Below are positions 23,182 to 32,260 of a stretch of DNA of 40,428 nucleotides, piece by piece (position 1 is the stretch's first letter; the number at the start of each line of letters is the position of its first letter). The stretch is from a virus (taxonomy: Duplodnaviria > Caudoviricetes): positions 1 through 40,428 of IMG/VR virus record IMGVR_UViG_3300012665_000240; one strand, given 5' to 3'. The notes under the pieces are model-generated. The model was given only the letters and a program-made list of their open reading frames with translations. It did no database searches and was not told the DNA's origin. The position numbers were made by a program, and so were the translations under genes.

Positions 23182-23865
23182 CTACTCGGTCTCTTCATTA
23201 TATTCGGTCTCTACATTTTCGTTGGGTTCATCTTGCCCAGCATCGCTTGCTTCATCTTTATCTAGGTAAGAACGAAATCCGCCAAGCCTAGTGATGAGTT
23301 TCTTAATTGCACGATTATGTCTCATGCGTGCAGCATCATCACTAGGTAAGGCGAGTTCTGTAGCAATATCAGCGTACGACAATGAACCTGCATACTTGTG
23401 GTAGAGAATGTGTCTATCCTCTGTATTTAATTTCAGATATGCAGCCTTAATCTCAGCCATCATAGCCATCATATTGCCACCTTCTGCTGGCGCAGACGGC
23501 TTTCCAGGCATACCTAAGTTAAGTACTGGTGCTTCTGTTACATCGCCACGCAGTACTGCTGGTAGCAATGCTTCAATAATGTCTGCCTCATAGAAGAATA
23601 AATCAGATACTTCATAACCTATTGACTTGGCTTTCCAATACTGGCAATAGTCTAGTGCTTGATTGCGAAGCGAACGATACAATAAATTCTGAGCAGACTT
23701 CTTTGAGAAGCCTTCCCACTCGGTTAACTTCCTAGGATGCGACACAAACCATTCATAGAGCGACTGCTTGATATCTTCTCGAGCAACCATAGTGAATTTA
23801 CGATGATACTCATCTGCCACATGTGCAACGATGTAATCCCAAGGTTCAATGCGTTCCCAGTTCAT
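23182..23865 (-). CDS. Phage sigma70-family (ECF-like) sigma factor
   Basis: Region-2-like REDIKQ...RN.ALDY and region-4 HTH SYADIATEL...RMRHNRAIKKL; ATGA coupling at 23865. Confidence 0.75.
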   Translation of the reverse strand: MNWERIEPWDYIVAHVADEYHRKFTMVAREDIKQSLYEWFVSHPRKLTEWEGFSKKSAQNLLYRSLRNQALDYCQYWKAKSIGYEVSDLFFYEADIIEALLPAVLRGDVTEAPVLNLGMPGKPSAPAEGGNMMAMMAEIKAAYLKLNTEDRHILYHKYAGSLSYADIATELALPSDDAARMRHNRAIKKLITRLGGFRSYLDKDEASDAGQDEPNENVETEYNEETE

Positions 23866-24605
23866 CGACCCCACACCTTACCTTCCACAATAAATGACCC
23901 ATCCTTTGCAATTGGAATTGTAACTGGAACTACTGTACGACCATCGACATACAACATACCAAACCCTTGTTGCCATGTGAATAGCCCACCCTTAATATAC
24001 TTTGCATCTCTGTAACGCATCAAGTTACCAACTTCCATTCCCCATACTGTCTGAGGTGTGGATGTTCCGTATGCTTGAGTATGATGAGCCAGACCCATGC
24101 GGTGCGTGTGACCACACACTACTGACTTGCCTGTACGCATCGCTAAACCTAGGGCTGTAAGCCCTCCAGTAGACTTCATAGCGCCTTCATCACCATGCAT
24201 GAGTAACCAATTAGGTGCTAACTCATAAGGTTTCTCATGGTATGTGGCACCGATGTCTGGCAGGCGCAAGAACTGTGGCAAGTCCAACTCGGGTAGCCCG
24301 AGTAACCCAGGAGCACGCATCATAACTGTGTTATACAAACGGTCCGTGTGGTTTGACCGAATGATATGCTTGACCTTGAGAGACTCGAGCACCCGAGTTG
24401 TTTCGTCTCTATCCCGACCGATAGAACGCTCATACTCTAATGGAGTACCCTTTGACCATTTTGAAATAGTCTGCATATCCATTTCGTCTCCGACCGATAC
24501 TACTTCGGTTGGCTTGTAAGCCTTAATGAAAGCAGCAAGGTTGGCAACGGCACGCTTATCGTGATAAGGTATTTGTAAATCGGACACGCAGACTATAGTT
24601 TTCAT
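23862..24605 (-). CDS. Calcineurin-like metallophosphoesterase
   Basis: SDLQ, GDEMD, SNH, HG and GHTH motifs. Confidence 0.88.
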   Translation of the reverse strand: MKTIVCVSDLQIPYHDKRAVANLAAFIKAYKPTEVVSVGDEMDMQTISKWSKGTPLEYERSIGRDRDETTRVLESLKVKHIIRSNHTDRLYNTVMMRAPGLLGLPELDLPQFLRLPDIGATYHEKPYELAPNWLLMHGDEGAMKSTGGLTALGLAMRTGKSVVCGHTHRMGLAHHTQAYGTSTPQTVWGMEVGNLMRYRDAKYIKGGLFTWQQGFGMLYVDGRTVVPVTIPIAKDGSFIVEGKVWGR

Positions 24606-24913
24606 GGCTTCTTTTTAACCGCTTTCTTAGTAGTCTTCTTGGTGGCGCGACGCTTGTTCTCTAGCGCAACGTTATCTTTCTTTTTAAGAACTCGTAGATT
24701 CGAGATACGGTCGTCACCTGCGCGACCCTTGTTGTTCTTGTGGTCGACTTCCGAATCTCTTGGGAGGCTCTTACCCGTTGCTTCCTCATAATCATGGCGA
24801 GCCTTATTCGTAGACGTAGTGGTAGTAGAGCCGTCCTTTTTCTTGCGCTTAATGACATAGATTGGTCTCCCACCATTCTGTTTGCTACCCTTGTACGGTC
24901 CAAAGATTTTCAT
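24602..24913 (-). CDS. HNH endonuclease
   Basis: EVDHKNN...DDRISNL motif; basic tail. Confidence 0.75.
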   Translation of the reverse strand: MKIFGPYKGSKQNGGRPIYVIKRKKKDGSTTTTSTNKARHDYEEATGKSLPRDSEVDHKNNKGRAGDDRISNLRVLKKKDNVALENKRRATKKTTKKAVKKKP

Positions 24914-25038
24914 TTGCTCATCCTTAATCTCTTGAGTTCTTTAAGTATTTCAAATAACACAACTACTATTGCATCTTTAGAATCTTCTATATCGTATGGC
25001 AAAAGAAGTTCACTGAGTTCCTCTGGGGTTCCTTTCAT
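24910..25038 (-). CDS. Micro-ORF, 42 aa
   Basis: MKGTPEELSELLLPYD...; ATGA overlaps at both ends. Confidence 0.7.
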   Translation of the reverse strand: MKGTPEELSELLLPYDIEDSKDAIVVVLFEILKELKRLRMSK

Positions 25039-25331
25039 TCGTTATCCCATTGCCCTCTCAGTACTAACAATCCAATGATTGCATAGTTTGCCATATCCTT
25101 AAATGAATCTTCTAACGACTCATGCTCTGGGTCAGCGCCACTATCAACTAGGTTGTTGATGCGTGCTAACTTGTCATGCATTCTCACGCGCAATCCATTG
25201 ACCGCACCGCCAGGGGCTAGTGAGATATTCTTAGGACCATAGTCCCTATGCTTGCTAACGAGCAATTCAGTCAACTCATTAACTGTATTGTCTAGATGTG
25301 TCTCGAGATGTAACTCGCGTACTATGCTCAC
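25035..25331 (-). CDS. DUF1599 / nucleotide-modification-associated domain 1 protein
   Basis: K..DYG..N, R..DK..R, ES..D...D.ANY motifs. Confidence 0.75.
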   Translation of the reverse strand: MSIVRELHLETHLDNTVNELTELLVSKHRDYGPKNISLAPGGAVNGLRVRMHDKLARINNLVDSGADPEHESLEDSFKDMANYAIIGLLVLRGQWDNE

Positions 25332-25666
25332 TTATCCCCCTCTAGTAGTTCTTTTAATTCTTCATCTATATCTACCATGTGTTGCTTAATGATTGCATCT
25401 TCAACCAACTCTTTCATCTGCGTTACATCTGTCTGTGCTGCATACAATGTAGCGTATGTCATCTCGGTTATATCTTTAATCATTCCTGCATCATCTGCAT
25501 TGCGATAGAGTTCCTCTAGTAAAGAGCCAAGCAATAACGAATAACCATTGGGCAGTTTAAGTATCGGGTCGAATGACCCACCCTCATCATCCATTAGGTG
25601 ATTGACTGCATCAAAGATGTTATCAAACTGTGTGCCACATATCTTGCACTGCGGAATCTCAATCAA
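25328..25666 (-). CDS. Hypothetical protein with N-terminal zinc finger
   Basis: CKIC-x12-H; acidic. Confidence 0.7.
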   Translation of the reverse strand: MIEIPQCKICGTQFDNIFDAVNHLMDDEGGSFDPILKLPNGYSLLLGSLLEELYRNADDAGMIKDITEMTYATLYAAQTDVTQMKELVEDAIIKQHMVDIDEELKELLEGDK

Positions 25667-26285
25667 TGTTTAACCCCATCTTCTGTTGGATGAATTCTTT
25701 TCCGTACTTAATGTATGCAGAGTTGACATCTTCTCCATCTCCAAACGTGACCGTAGTAACAGGGAGTTCTCTGGAGAGACTTGCAGCAAACTCACGCCCA
25801 GGGGCATCTCCGTCTGCAAAGACAAAGACTCTTTCAAAGTCAGCGAGCAATCTTGTATAGTGCTTCTTCCATGAGTTCGCCCCAGGAACTCCAACGCATG
25901 GGATTCCAACTAGGCGAGACATAGTAAGAGTATCTAACTCTCCTTCACACACACCAATCCAATCGCCAGCAATCTCGATATCAAGTACATTGTACATCCG
26001 AGTATCGACACCAGTCATGCCCATATACTTAGGCTCAACGGCAGGATTAAGTGAGCGGAAACGCAAATCGACAACGCCAGTCTTTGTAATGTAAGGTATA
26101 CTGAGGCGACCAATGTACTGCTCATGTCCAGGTTCAGGCTCCTCTACTACGCCTAATCGCGCCAGACGCGCTACTTCCCTTGTGATTCCCCGACTTGCTA
26201 GGTAATCTTCCGCCAGAGAGATGCTTCCCGCGTACTTGCTGGTTGCTCTCCCCAGTAATTCCTTCTGCGATAGACTTTGCTTCAC
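25659..26285 (-). CDS. DNA primase, catalytic TOPRIM part
   Basis: YL..RGI, CEGELD, DGD..G; GTG 26285 with GAAAGGTG SD. Confidence 0.88.
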   Translation of the reverse strand: MKQSLSQKELLGRATSKYAGSISLAEDYLASRGITREVARLARLGVVEEPEPGHEQYIGRLSIPYITKTGVVDLRFRSLNPAVEPKYMGMTGVDTRMYNVLDIEIAGDWIGVCEGELDTLTMSRLVGIPCVGVPGANSWKKHYTRLLADFERVFVFADGDAPGREFAASLSRELPVTTVTFGDGEDVNSAYIKYGKEFIQQKMGLNID

Positions 26286-26499
26286 GTATATCACACCTTT
26301 CCTGTTTAGCAATTATTTGAATGCTATTGCCTTGCATACCACACGCGAAGCAATTGAATATATTCTGTTTTGTATTAAAACTTGCACTTGCATGACTATC
26401 GTTGTGGAACGGACACTTGATGTTGACTTGACCAGAGGAGCGACTGATGTTGGCACCGTAGTGCTTCAACACCGCCACTATGTCTGGTAAGTCATCCAC
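26134..26499 (-). CDS. DNA primase, CHC2 zinc-finger part
   Basis: CPFH.D...S...FNCFACG..G; probable GTG start at 26499. Confidence 0.88.
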   Translation of the reverse strand: MDDLPDIVAVLKHYGANISRSSGQVNIKCPFHNDSHASASFNTKQNIFNCFACGMQGNSIQIIAKQERCDIREAKSIAEGITGESNQQVRGKHLSGGRLPSKSGNHKGSSASGAIRRSRGA

Positions 26500-26860
26500 C
26501 AAATACATCGCCCAACCTTAATACTAGATACGAATCTGCTATTGACTTGCCTCTTGCTTTAATTACTAATGCCGCCAGTACTCTGGCCTCTCCCAATGCT
26601 CTTGCTTCGGCGTAGTGCTTCGCTTCGGTTTGGGCTTCTCTAGTCCATCCACTGAGGTCAATGGCGTTACCCGCGCCTGGCGCTTTACATTCGATAACGC
26701 CAATTCCACCAAGGAAGCCTGAGCGTACAACAACGTCGCCCTCATCTTTTGCACCTGTTCGAGCAAGTCGCTCAGAATCGTATCCATTTGCTCGAAACCA
26801 ATCTCTGATGTCTGTTTCATATGTTGCTCCTCTAGCCTTGTGGCTTTTCCTAGTTGTCAT
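26492..26860 (-). CDS. Holliday junction resolvase (Hjc-like PD-(D/E)xK)
   Basis: K.RG..YE, GD and IECK motifs. Confidence 0.8.
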   Translation of the reverse strand: MTTRKSHKARGATYETDIRDWFRANGYDSERLARTGAKDEGDVVVRSGFLGGIGVIECKAPGAGNAIDLSGWTREAQTEAKHYAEARALGEARVLAALVIKARGKSIADSYLVLRLGDVFGG

Positions 26861-27639
26861 ACGTTCTCTGGAATGTCGTCGATGTACATGTACTCTGGAT
26901 TAAATGCTAACCAAGTCATGAGAGTTCCGTTCGCATCTGCTCTTCCGTAGCGATTCTTGACTGATGCCACGCCCATCGATGTGCCAACTGTGCCAAGCGT
27001 GCATATGAGGGCAGGTAACTGAGAAACTTTCCCTTGTATTGCGCTTCTTGGCTGACAAGGATTCCCAGGAACTGCTTCTGAAGTGTGATGTAGTACCACA
27101 ATCGCAGCGTTAGTGTCTCTCGCAAGGAACTTCAACTCCTTCATAATTGCACGCATAGAAGCGAACTCTTCGCCTCCATCTGTTGCAACATCCATAAGGT
27201 TGTCCAAGACAATGAGGTGAGGACTGCATCCCCATAGTTCCTCAAAGGCTTGGACTTCCTCATCGATGTCTTCTAAGGTTGGTGATGATTCGAATGACCA
27301 GACTATATGATTTCCTTTTTGGAGGACTGCTTTAGTCCAACCAACATCAGTATTAAGTTTCTGTTCCACATCTGACTGACTCTTCCCCGAAATCATAGAT
27401 GCTAGGCGCATAGCCATCGTGTGTGCATTGGTATCCGCAGATATGTACAATGTTGGCACGTTGGTTTTGAGTGCAAGCGCTAGGGCTAGTGTTGATTTAC
27501 CAGCCCCAGGAGCGCCTGCAAACATAGAAACTTCTGAACGACGAATGATAATCTTGTTCGCTTCGAATGCTTTAAACGAACTAGGTAAGGGTTCCCCTCC
27601 AATAGAGGCACGTCCTACAGAGCGTACTAGTGTTCTCAT
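26857..27639 (-). CDS. DnaB/RecA-family replicative helicase ATPase domain
   Basis: GAPGAGKS, LIVLDNL, KNRYG. Confidence 0.85.
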   Translation of the reverse strand: MRTLVRSVGRASIGGEPLPSSFKAFEANKIIIRRSEVSMFAGAPGAGKSTLALALALKTNVPTLYISADTNAHTMAMRLASMISGKSQSDVEQKLNTDVGWTKAVLQKGNHIVWSFESSPTLEDIDEEVQAFEELWGCSPHLIVLDNLMDVATDGGEEFASMRAIMKELKFLARDTNAAIVVLHHTSEAVPGNPCQPRSAIQGKVSQLPALICTLGTVGTSMGVASVKNRYGRADANGTLMTWLAFNPEYMYIDDIPENV

Positions 27640-27683
27640 TGGTACCCTTTCCTAGTTAATTTAAAATGGAAACTCTTCTGGTA

Positions 27684-28088
27684 TTAGTTTACTGGCTTGC
27701 ATTGGTCCGCGCCCTGAGGCATCGGACAGACCCACATCGCGTACGGGTTTCCCGTCTTGCTTGAGATTCCCGACTTGTACTTGCGAGGTCCGTGTTGGCA
27801 TGTCGGTCCACCCTGTTGTTGGGTTACTGGAGCCGTAGCGGACGGAGCCTGCGCCTGGGGTGGTGCTGAGTAAGGTGGAGGCGTTGTGCTTGTAGTGGAA
27901 TCGGTAATCGACAGGGGGGCTAAGTTACCTGCCAGAGACAGTAATCGCTGTGTTGCGTGAATCTGAGTAGCATAGTCGCCAATGCCTTCAAGTAAGACAC
28001 TTAGTTCATCTGCACTGTTAGCGCGGATGTTGATAAGGTCGCCTGTTGCCAACTTATAGTTGACTTGTAACTTCCATTCTTCGGCCAT
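27684..28088 (-). CDS. Hypothetical replication-module protein with C-terminal Zn-binding motif
   Basis: Pro/Ala linker followed by CQHG...WVCP...QC. Confidence 0.65.
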   Translation of the reverse strand: MAEEWKLQVNYKLATGDLINIRANSADELSVLLEGIGDYATQIHATQRLLSLAGNLAPLSITDSTTSTTPPPYSAPPQAQAPSATAPVTQQQGGPTCQHGPRKYKSGISSKTGNPYAMWVCPMPQGADQCKPVN

Positions 28089-28700
28089 TTATTTATCCTT
28101 CTTTATAGAGAATTGACAGTACTCGGTTAAACCGCACATGTACTGGCAACTGTTTGTGTTGGGCAAGAATATCGCACTCTTTCGTGCTTTGTCAAATTGC
28201 GTGATTAGGTATTCCATCTTGTCGTATGTGTACTCAGACAGGTCTACCATTTCCGAGATATTATTACCACGGGACATGTAGTAGGTACCCCACTTGACCT
28301 CGATACCGAACTGTTCTTCCAGTCCTAGTTTATAGAAGCCAAGTTGTAAACTGCTAGTTGGTGTGTTCTGTGATGTTTTGAGGTCGACGATGACCAATTC
28401 CCCATTGACCTCAAACACGCGGTCGATAATCATCTTGACTGGTACATCATTGATGATAGGGGTTAGCGCAAGTTCGATTCCTGGGTTGCCATCTGGTGCT
28501 GTCCAGATTTTCCAATCAGGGTTAGTCTTACGCCATGCGATGTAGCCATCTACCCAACGTGGACCTTGAGTCTGCCAGAAGTTGACATCCTCCTTGTTGG
28601 GATTAGCCTTAGTTGCACGACCACCAACGCGAGCATTGGTTAGGTCGATGTCGCCTTTGGACAATTTCCAAGCATTGTCCCATAGTTGCTGAGTGCTCAC
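28089..28700 (-). CDS. Cas4/RecB-like exonuclease, catalytic C-terminal part
   Basis: E...IDRV...DLKT, QL..Y, C-terminal C-x3-C-x5-C; GTG start with AAGGAG SD. Confidence 0.85.
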   Translation of the reverse strand: MSTQQLWDNAWKLSKGDIDLTNARVGGRATKANPNKEDVNFWQTQGPRWVDGYIAWRKTNPDWKIWTAPDGNPGIELALTPIINDVPVKMIIDRVFEVNGELVIVDLKTSQNTPTSSLQLGFYKLGLEEQFGIEVKWGTYYMSRGNNISEMVDLSEYTYDKMEYLITQFDKARKSAIFLPNTNSCQYMCGLTEYCQFSIKKDK

Positions 28701-28888
28701 ATGTTCTCCTTATCGTAGTTTTCGCACGCTAGGTGGAACGCTGAACCGCCAACAGACCAGACGGATGGGGCTTCTTCCTTGTTGAGGAGTCTGCCGAGGT
28801 AGTATTGATACCCACAGGTTAAGTAGGTTGTGAACGCAGAGTAGGACATATGCTCTGGTAGTGTATATTCTTCTAGTTTGATTGACAT
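28697..28888 (-). CDS. Cas4/RecB-like exonuclease, N-terminal part (63 aa)
   Basis: SYS...YL.C...YYL...GSAFH motif; ATG 28888. Confidence 0.8.
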   Translation of the reverse strand: MSIKLEEYTLPEHMSYSAFTTYLTCGYQYYLGRLLNKEEAPSVWSVGGSAFHLACENYDKENM

Positions 28889-28895
28889 AGATATT

Positions 28896-28901
28896 ATTAT
28901 A
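28896..28901 (-). promoter_or_regulatory. -10 element of a probably leaderless replication-module promoter
   Basis: TATAAT on the minus strand 7 nt before ATG 28888; no SD. Confidence 0.6.
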
Positions 28902-29028
28902 CACATCGGTCGCTAGACCGTCGCTATCCAACGATTGGGTTATGCCTGTGTATACTTAGTTATGTAAGTAATTATATAAAGGCCTTCGGCCTTATATATT
29001 ATAATATATATTATATCTAAGGAGTACT

Positions 29029-29181
29029 ATGTCAAATTTCTTTGAAACCTTTGCAGCATCGCTACTGGGTATTGGCGCATTCTACCTAGTAGAAGCGGTA
29101 TACTACGACATCAAGGCTCGTATCAGAGGAAAGCAATACACGCTCTTCCTTGAAGAACTTGAAGAGGAATTAGAACACTAA
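29029..29181 (+). CDS. Isolated plus-strand 50-aa membrane peptide with acidic tail
   Basis: TAAGGAG SD; MSNFFETFAASLLGIGAFYLVEAVYYDIKARIRGKQYTLFLEELEEELEH. Confidence 0.75.
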   Translation: MSNFFETFAASLLGIGAFYLVEAVYYDIKARIRGKQYTLFLEELEEELEH

Positions 29182-29192
29182 CCTCCAGAAAC

Positions 29193-29246
29193 GACAAAAG
29201 ACCCCCTCGCCCTAGTATTTCTACTAAGGTAAGGGGGTTTCTTGTC
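29193..29246. terminator. Probable bidirectional terminator between convergent genes
   Basis: GACAAAAGACCCCCT...AGGGGGTTTCTTGTC long imperfect hairpin. Confidence 0.7.
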
Positions 29247-29275
29247 TTAAAACAGCCTTCTAAGGCTTATTAGGG

Positions 29276-29476
29276 CTACTTCTTGGTTAAACCGAAGTCT
29301 CCGTCATTCTTGTCAGCCCACTTAATTACTGGTGCTGTCAAGGCAGCGATGATTGCTGCGTACTGTGGTGCTAGGTCTGTTACTAGTTGAACTCCAGTGA
29401 ATACGGCAACTGCCGCTACCGCTGTAGCCCAAGCCTTAACTGCCTTAATCTGCTTAGGGTTTAGGAACTTCTTCAT
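29276..29476 (-). CDS. Putative holin
   Basis: 66 aa, two hydrophobic segments, after the endolysin. Confidence 0.65.
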   Translation of the reverse strand: MKKFLNPKQIKAVKAWATAVAAVAVFTGVQLVTDLAPQYAAIIAALTAPVIKWADKNDGDFGLTKK

Positions 29477-29922
29477 TTGTTCTCCTTCTTTGGTAGAGGC
29501 TTAACTGCTGCCTTTACTTTGGCGATGGTTGTTACTTTACCCAGCCAAGGAAACCATGGAGATGTATCATTTCCAGAGCCATCCTTGATTGAGATATGTA
29601 GGTGTTTATTATGCTGGTTAATTCCAGTATAGCGGCTTTCGCCATTCTTGGCTGACCAAATCTTGCCATGAAAAATAATATACTTGACACGCTTATCGAC
29701 CTGTAACTTGTCATACAAATCGAAGCAATCAATCCCATTGACTGGGTCATGGGTTAGGTCTACTGCGTATCCTGTGTTGTGGTCTGAATCAGGATTCTGA
29801 TTTATATGAGCAGCAGATGGTAGAAGACCATCGGAGGCTTTCTTGCGTTTTGGTCTCAATGCCGTCGCTTGGCGCAGAACAGCAATTGCAGCAGGCGTGG
29901 CTTTCTTGACTACAGGTTTCAT
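29473..29922 (-). CDS. Endolysin, M15-like Zn peptidase
   Basis: SDH..G.AVD and H..HLHIS motifs; flanked by membrane proteins. Confidence 0.75.
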   Translation of the reverse strand: MKPVVKKATPAAIAVLRQATALRPKRKKASDGLLPSAAHINQNPDSDHNTGYAVDLTHDPVNGIDCFDLYDKLQVDKRVKYIIFHGKIWSAKNGESRYTGINQHNKHLHISIKDGSGNDTSPWFPWLGKVTTIAKVKAAVKPLPKKENK

Positions 29923-30125
29923 TCATTTCTCCCCTTATGTAACATCATCTGGTACAGGATTTCTACTTTATCTTCTAGTCTAGTGACCGAGTCCTTAAGG
30001 CTTGAGCCAGAATTGGGCTTAAGTTCGTAGAGATAATGCTTAACCAACCATCTTACAGAGCCAGCAAATGCTGATACTACTGCTATAATAGATACGATTA
30101 GTCCAGCCCAATTTGCTGCGGTCAT
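29919..30125 (-). CDS. Small single-TM lysis-cassette membrane protein
   Basis: N-terminal TM, PN.GSSLKD motif, coiled tail. Confidence 0.7.
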   Translation of the reverse strand: MTAANWAGLIVSIIAVVSAFAGSVRWLVKHYLYELKPNSGSSLKDSVTRLEDKVEILYQMMLHKGRNE

Positions 30126-30140
30126 TTGCGCTCCTAAGAG

Positions 30141-32195
30141 TTATACGGTACGGATGGTTATTTCAAGCACTCCACCAAAGCCATCAAAGCGCTTATCTGG
30201 TGGGGTCATGCGGGTGAATGTTACTTGTTCTACTACTGCCTGACGAGATTCGCCAGTTGATAGGTCCTGCCATATGAGCACATCGCCTGTCTCTTCAATA
30301 TCTTCTAGCAGTTGGATTCGGTCAAATGCTCGACCTTCGTACCCAACTACTGTATTAAATCTATCTGTCTCAACATCAAAGCAGTAAACAGGGAAGCGTA
30401 CAATGCGTTGACGAGGAGTAGCAATAGTTGCCTTTGCTTGATATCCCTTAAATGTAGGACCCTTGGTTGCATCAGTTCCATCACGGAAAAGAATGAACTT
30501 GTAGGCGACGTATTCTTGGGCAGTCTCTGGACGCTCAGTTCCAACTTCAATAGCAGGAATTCCAGCATCGTAAGAAATGTGGTCGTATTCGTTTCCATCT
30601 TTATCGATAGTCTCGAGAGTCATTGAACCATACTTAAAATCACCACGACCTAGTAAACGCTTGAAGTTCTTAGGCTCAAGTGTACCGTATCGGATGTTTC
30701 CTGTTGTGATGTAGCCAGATGGAACCAAGTTGTTTGACTCTGTGTATATTGCGCCGTTGGTTGTATTGTGCGCTGTTGTAAAGGCTAACTTGTTAGTTGT
30801 CCCAACGAATGCTACCGCAGTAGTATAGTGTTCTGTTGTTTGACTTACTTCAAGGTCGTTTGCATACGCAAAACGCAATGTGTCTAATTCGTTATCTAAG
30901 TCAATACGTATTAGTCCACCATTAAGTGAGCCAATACCAGTAGCAGCCCATACGAATCTATCTCTACCAGCAAAGTCGTAGCATGGTTGAGATGTTTCAA
31001 CAATAAGCGGTCCATACTTTAATGAACCGTCTTGGTCGTTGATTGCTGCTGCACGCACACCCTTATTAGTACCAATCATCATGTAGCCAAGGTAGTAGTA
31101 AAGTTTTTCAACTATTTCTCCAGCAGGTAGTTCTGCTGCAACTACTGCAGAAGAAAGAACTGGCATAGAGCCATTGCTTGCTAGTGTGTACTTTTGGATG
31201 GTTGAGTAGATGCCTGAATGCCCAGCAGTGTAGATAGCAGGACCTGATGCAGCAATAGATGTGTAATGATAGTTCGTGTTAGGGTTAGTGTATACAAGCG
31301 TTCCGTCACCAATTGCATCGGTATTAGTTGGAAACTCGTACACCTTATTGTTTACACAGAGAATAATACGGTCCTTGATGAACTCCATTGCAGCGTATAA
31401 TATCTCTTCGTCTCCGCTTTGGAACATCTGTATAACATCACCTGATGCGGTTGGGTTAGATGAACCAGTAGCAGAACTGCCAGTTAATGGCTTCTTAAAC
31501 ATTGTAAGACGCTGTGCTCCACCTGCAGTCTTATTCGTTACCCAGTAGGCATTAACTCCATCATCACAGATAGCAAATACTTTGCGGTCTGTACCAGAGA
31601 TGTAGTCGATGAAGTGAACAGGGGCTGCGCCTGGAACAATCTTGTCTACGTCAAACTCATCGTGCAAAAGTACAGCATTTGTTCCACTGTACTGGATTGA
31701 ACGTGTATGTTGATTGACATGCTGATGGTCAGTTCCTACGATTGCGCCTGTTGTAACATGGTTATTATCTACATCGTTAAGCAGTGTTGCTTCGCCCTTA
31801 GTCCAGACATTGATGCCCTTGCTATCAGCAAAACGGTAGTGACCGTTCTCATCAGTAGTTGCAGGGTCATAGAACTTAATACCTGTACCAGAGTGGAATG
31901 ACATCTGTGAACGAATCCACCAACCAGTTAGAGATTGCTCTCCTGGCTCTTGACCATTGTCAAACTGGTCCTTACGGAACGGTGCTGTCTGACGAATATA
32001 AGGGCGTGCGTCATTGATTGCATAGATGAACGGAAGTCCACCAACTGCTACATCGTAGGCTACATCTGTATTCTGCCAAGTTGCAGTAGGCGAAACGACA
32101 CCAATGTCGGCAACACCACGTGCAACGTTGGATACTCCACTACCATCAAAACTGGAATAGACTCCATCATCGCCTTCGGTAATATCTCTAGCCAC
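30141..32195 (-). CDS. Putative tail nozzle (tubular protein B-like)
   Basis: 684 aa, beta-rich, at the end of the tail module; function inferred. Confidence 0.55.
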   Translation of the reverse strand: MARDITEGDDGVYSSFDGSGVSNVARGVADIGVVSPTATWQNTDVAYDVAVGGLPFIYAINDARPYIRQTAPFRKDQFDNGQEPGEQSLTGWWIRSQMSFHSGTGIKFYDPATTDENGHYRFADSKGINVWTKGEATLLNDVDNNHVTTGAIVGTDHQHVNQHTRSIQYSGTNAVLLHDEFDVDKIVPGAAPVHFIDYISGTDRKVFAICDDGVNAYWVTNKTAGGAQRLTMFKKPLTGSSATGSSNPTASGDVIQMFQSGDEEILYAAMEFIKDRIILCVNNKVYEFPTNTDAIGDGTLVYTNPNTNYHYTSIAASGPAIYTAGHSGIYSTIQKYTLASNGSMPVLSSAVVAAELPAGEIVEKLYYYLGYMMIGTNKGVRAAAINDQDGSLKYGPLIVETSQPCYDFAGRDRFVWAATGIGSLNGGLIRIDLDNELDTLRFAYANDLEVSQTTEHYTTAVAFVGTTNKLAFTTAHNTTNGAIYTESNNLVPSGYITTGNIRYGTLEPKNFKRLLGRGDFKYGSMTLETIDKDGNEYDHISYDAGIPAIEVGTERPETAQEYVAYKFILFRDGTDATKGPTFKGYQAKATIATPRQRIVRFPVYCFDVETDRFNTVVGYEGRAFDRIQLLEDIEETGDVLIWQDLSTGESRQAVVEQVTFTRMTPPDKRFDGFGGVLEITIRTV

Positions 32196-32260
32196 GTTAC
32201 TCCTTAATTATTTCTTTTGAATTAAATTATGGTTTTTATTTAGTTCTACCAAAAGTGCTA

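Noticed and set aside
24287-24303. ACTCGGG-TAG-CCCGAGT as another palindrome copy
   Set aside because: Centre is one base shorter and outer arms differ; inside the phosphoesterase gene; likely chance
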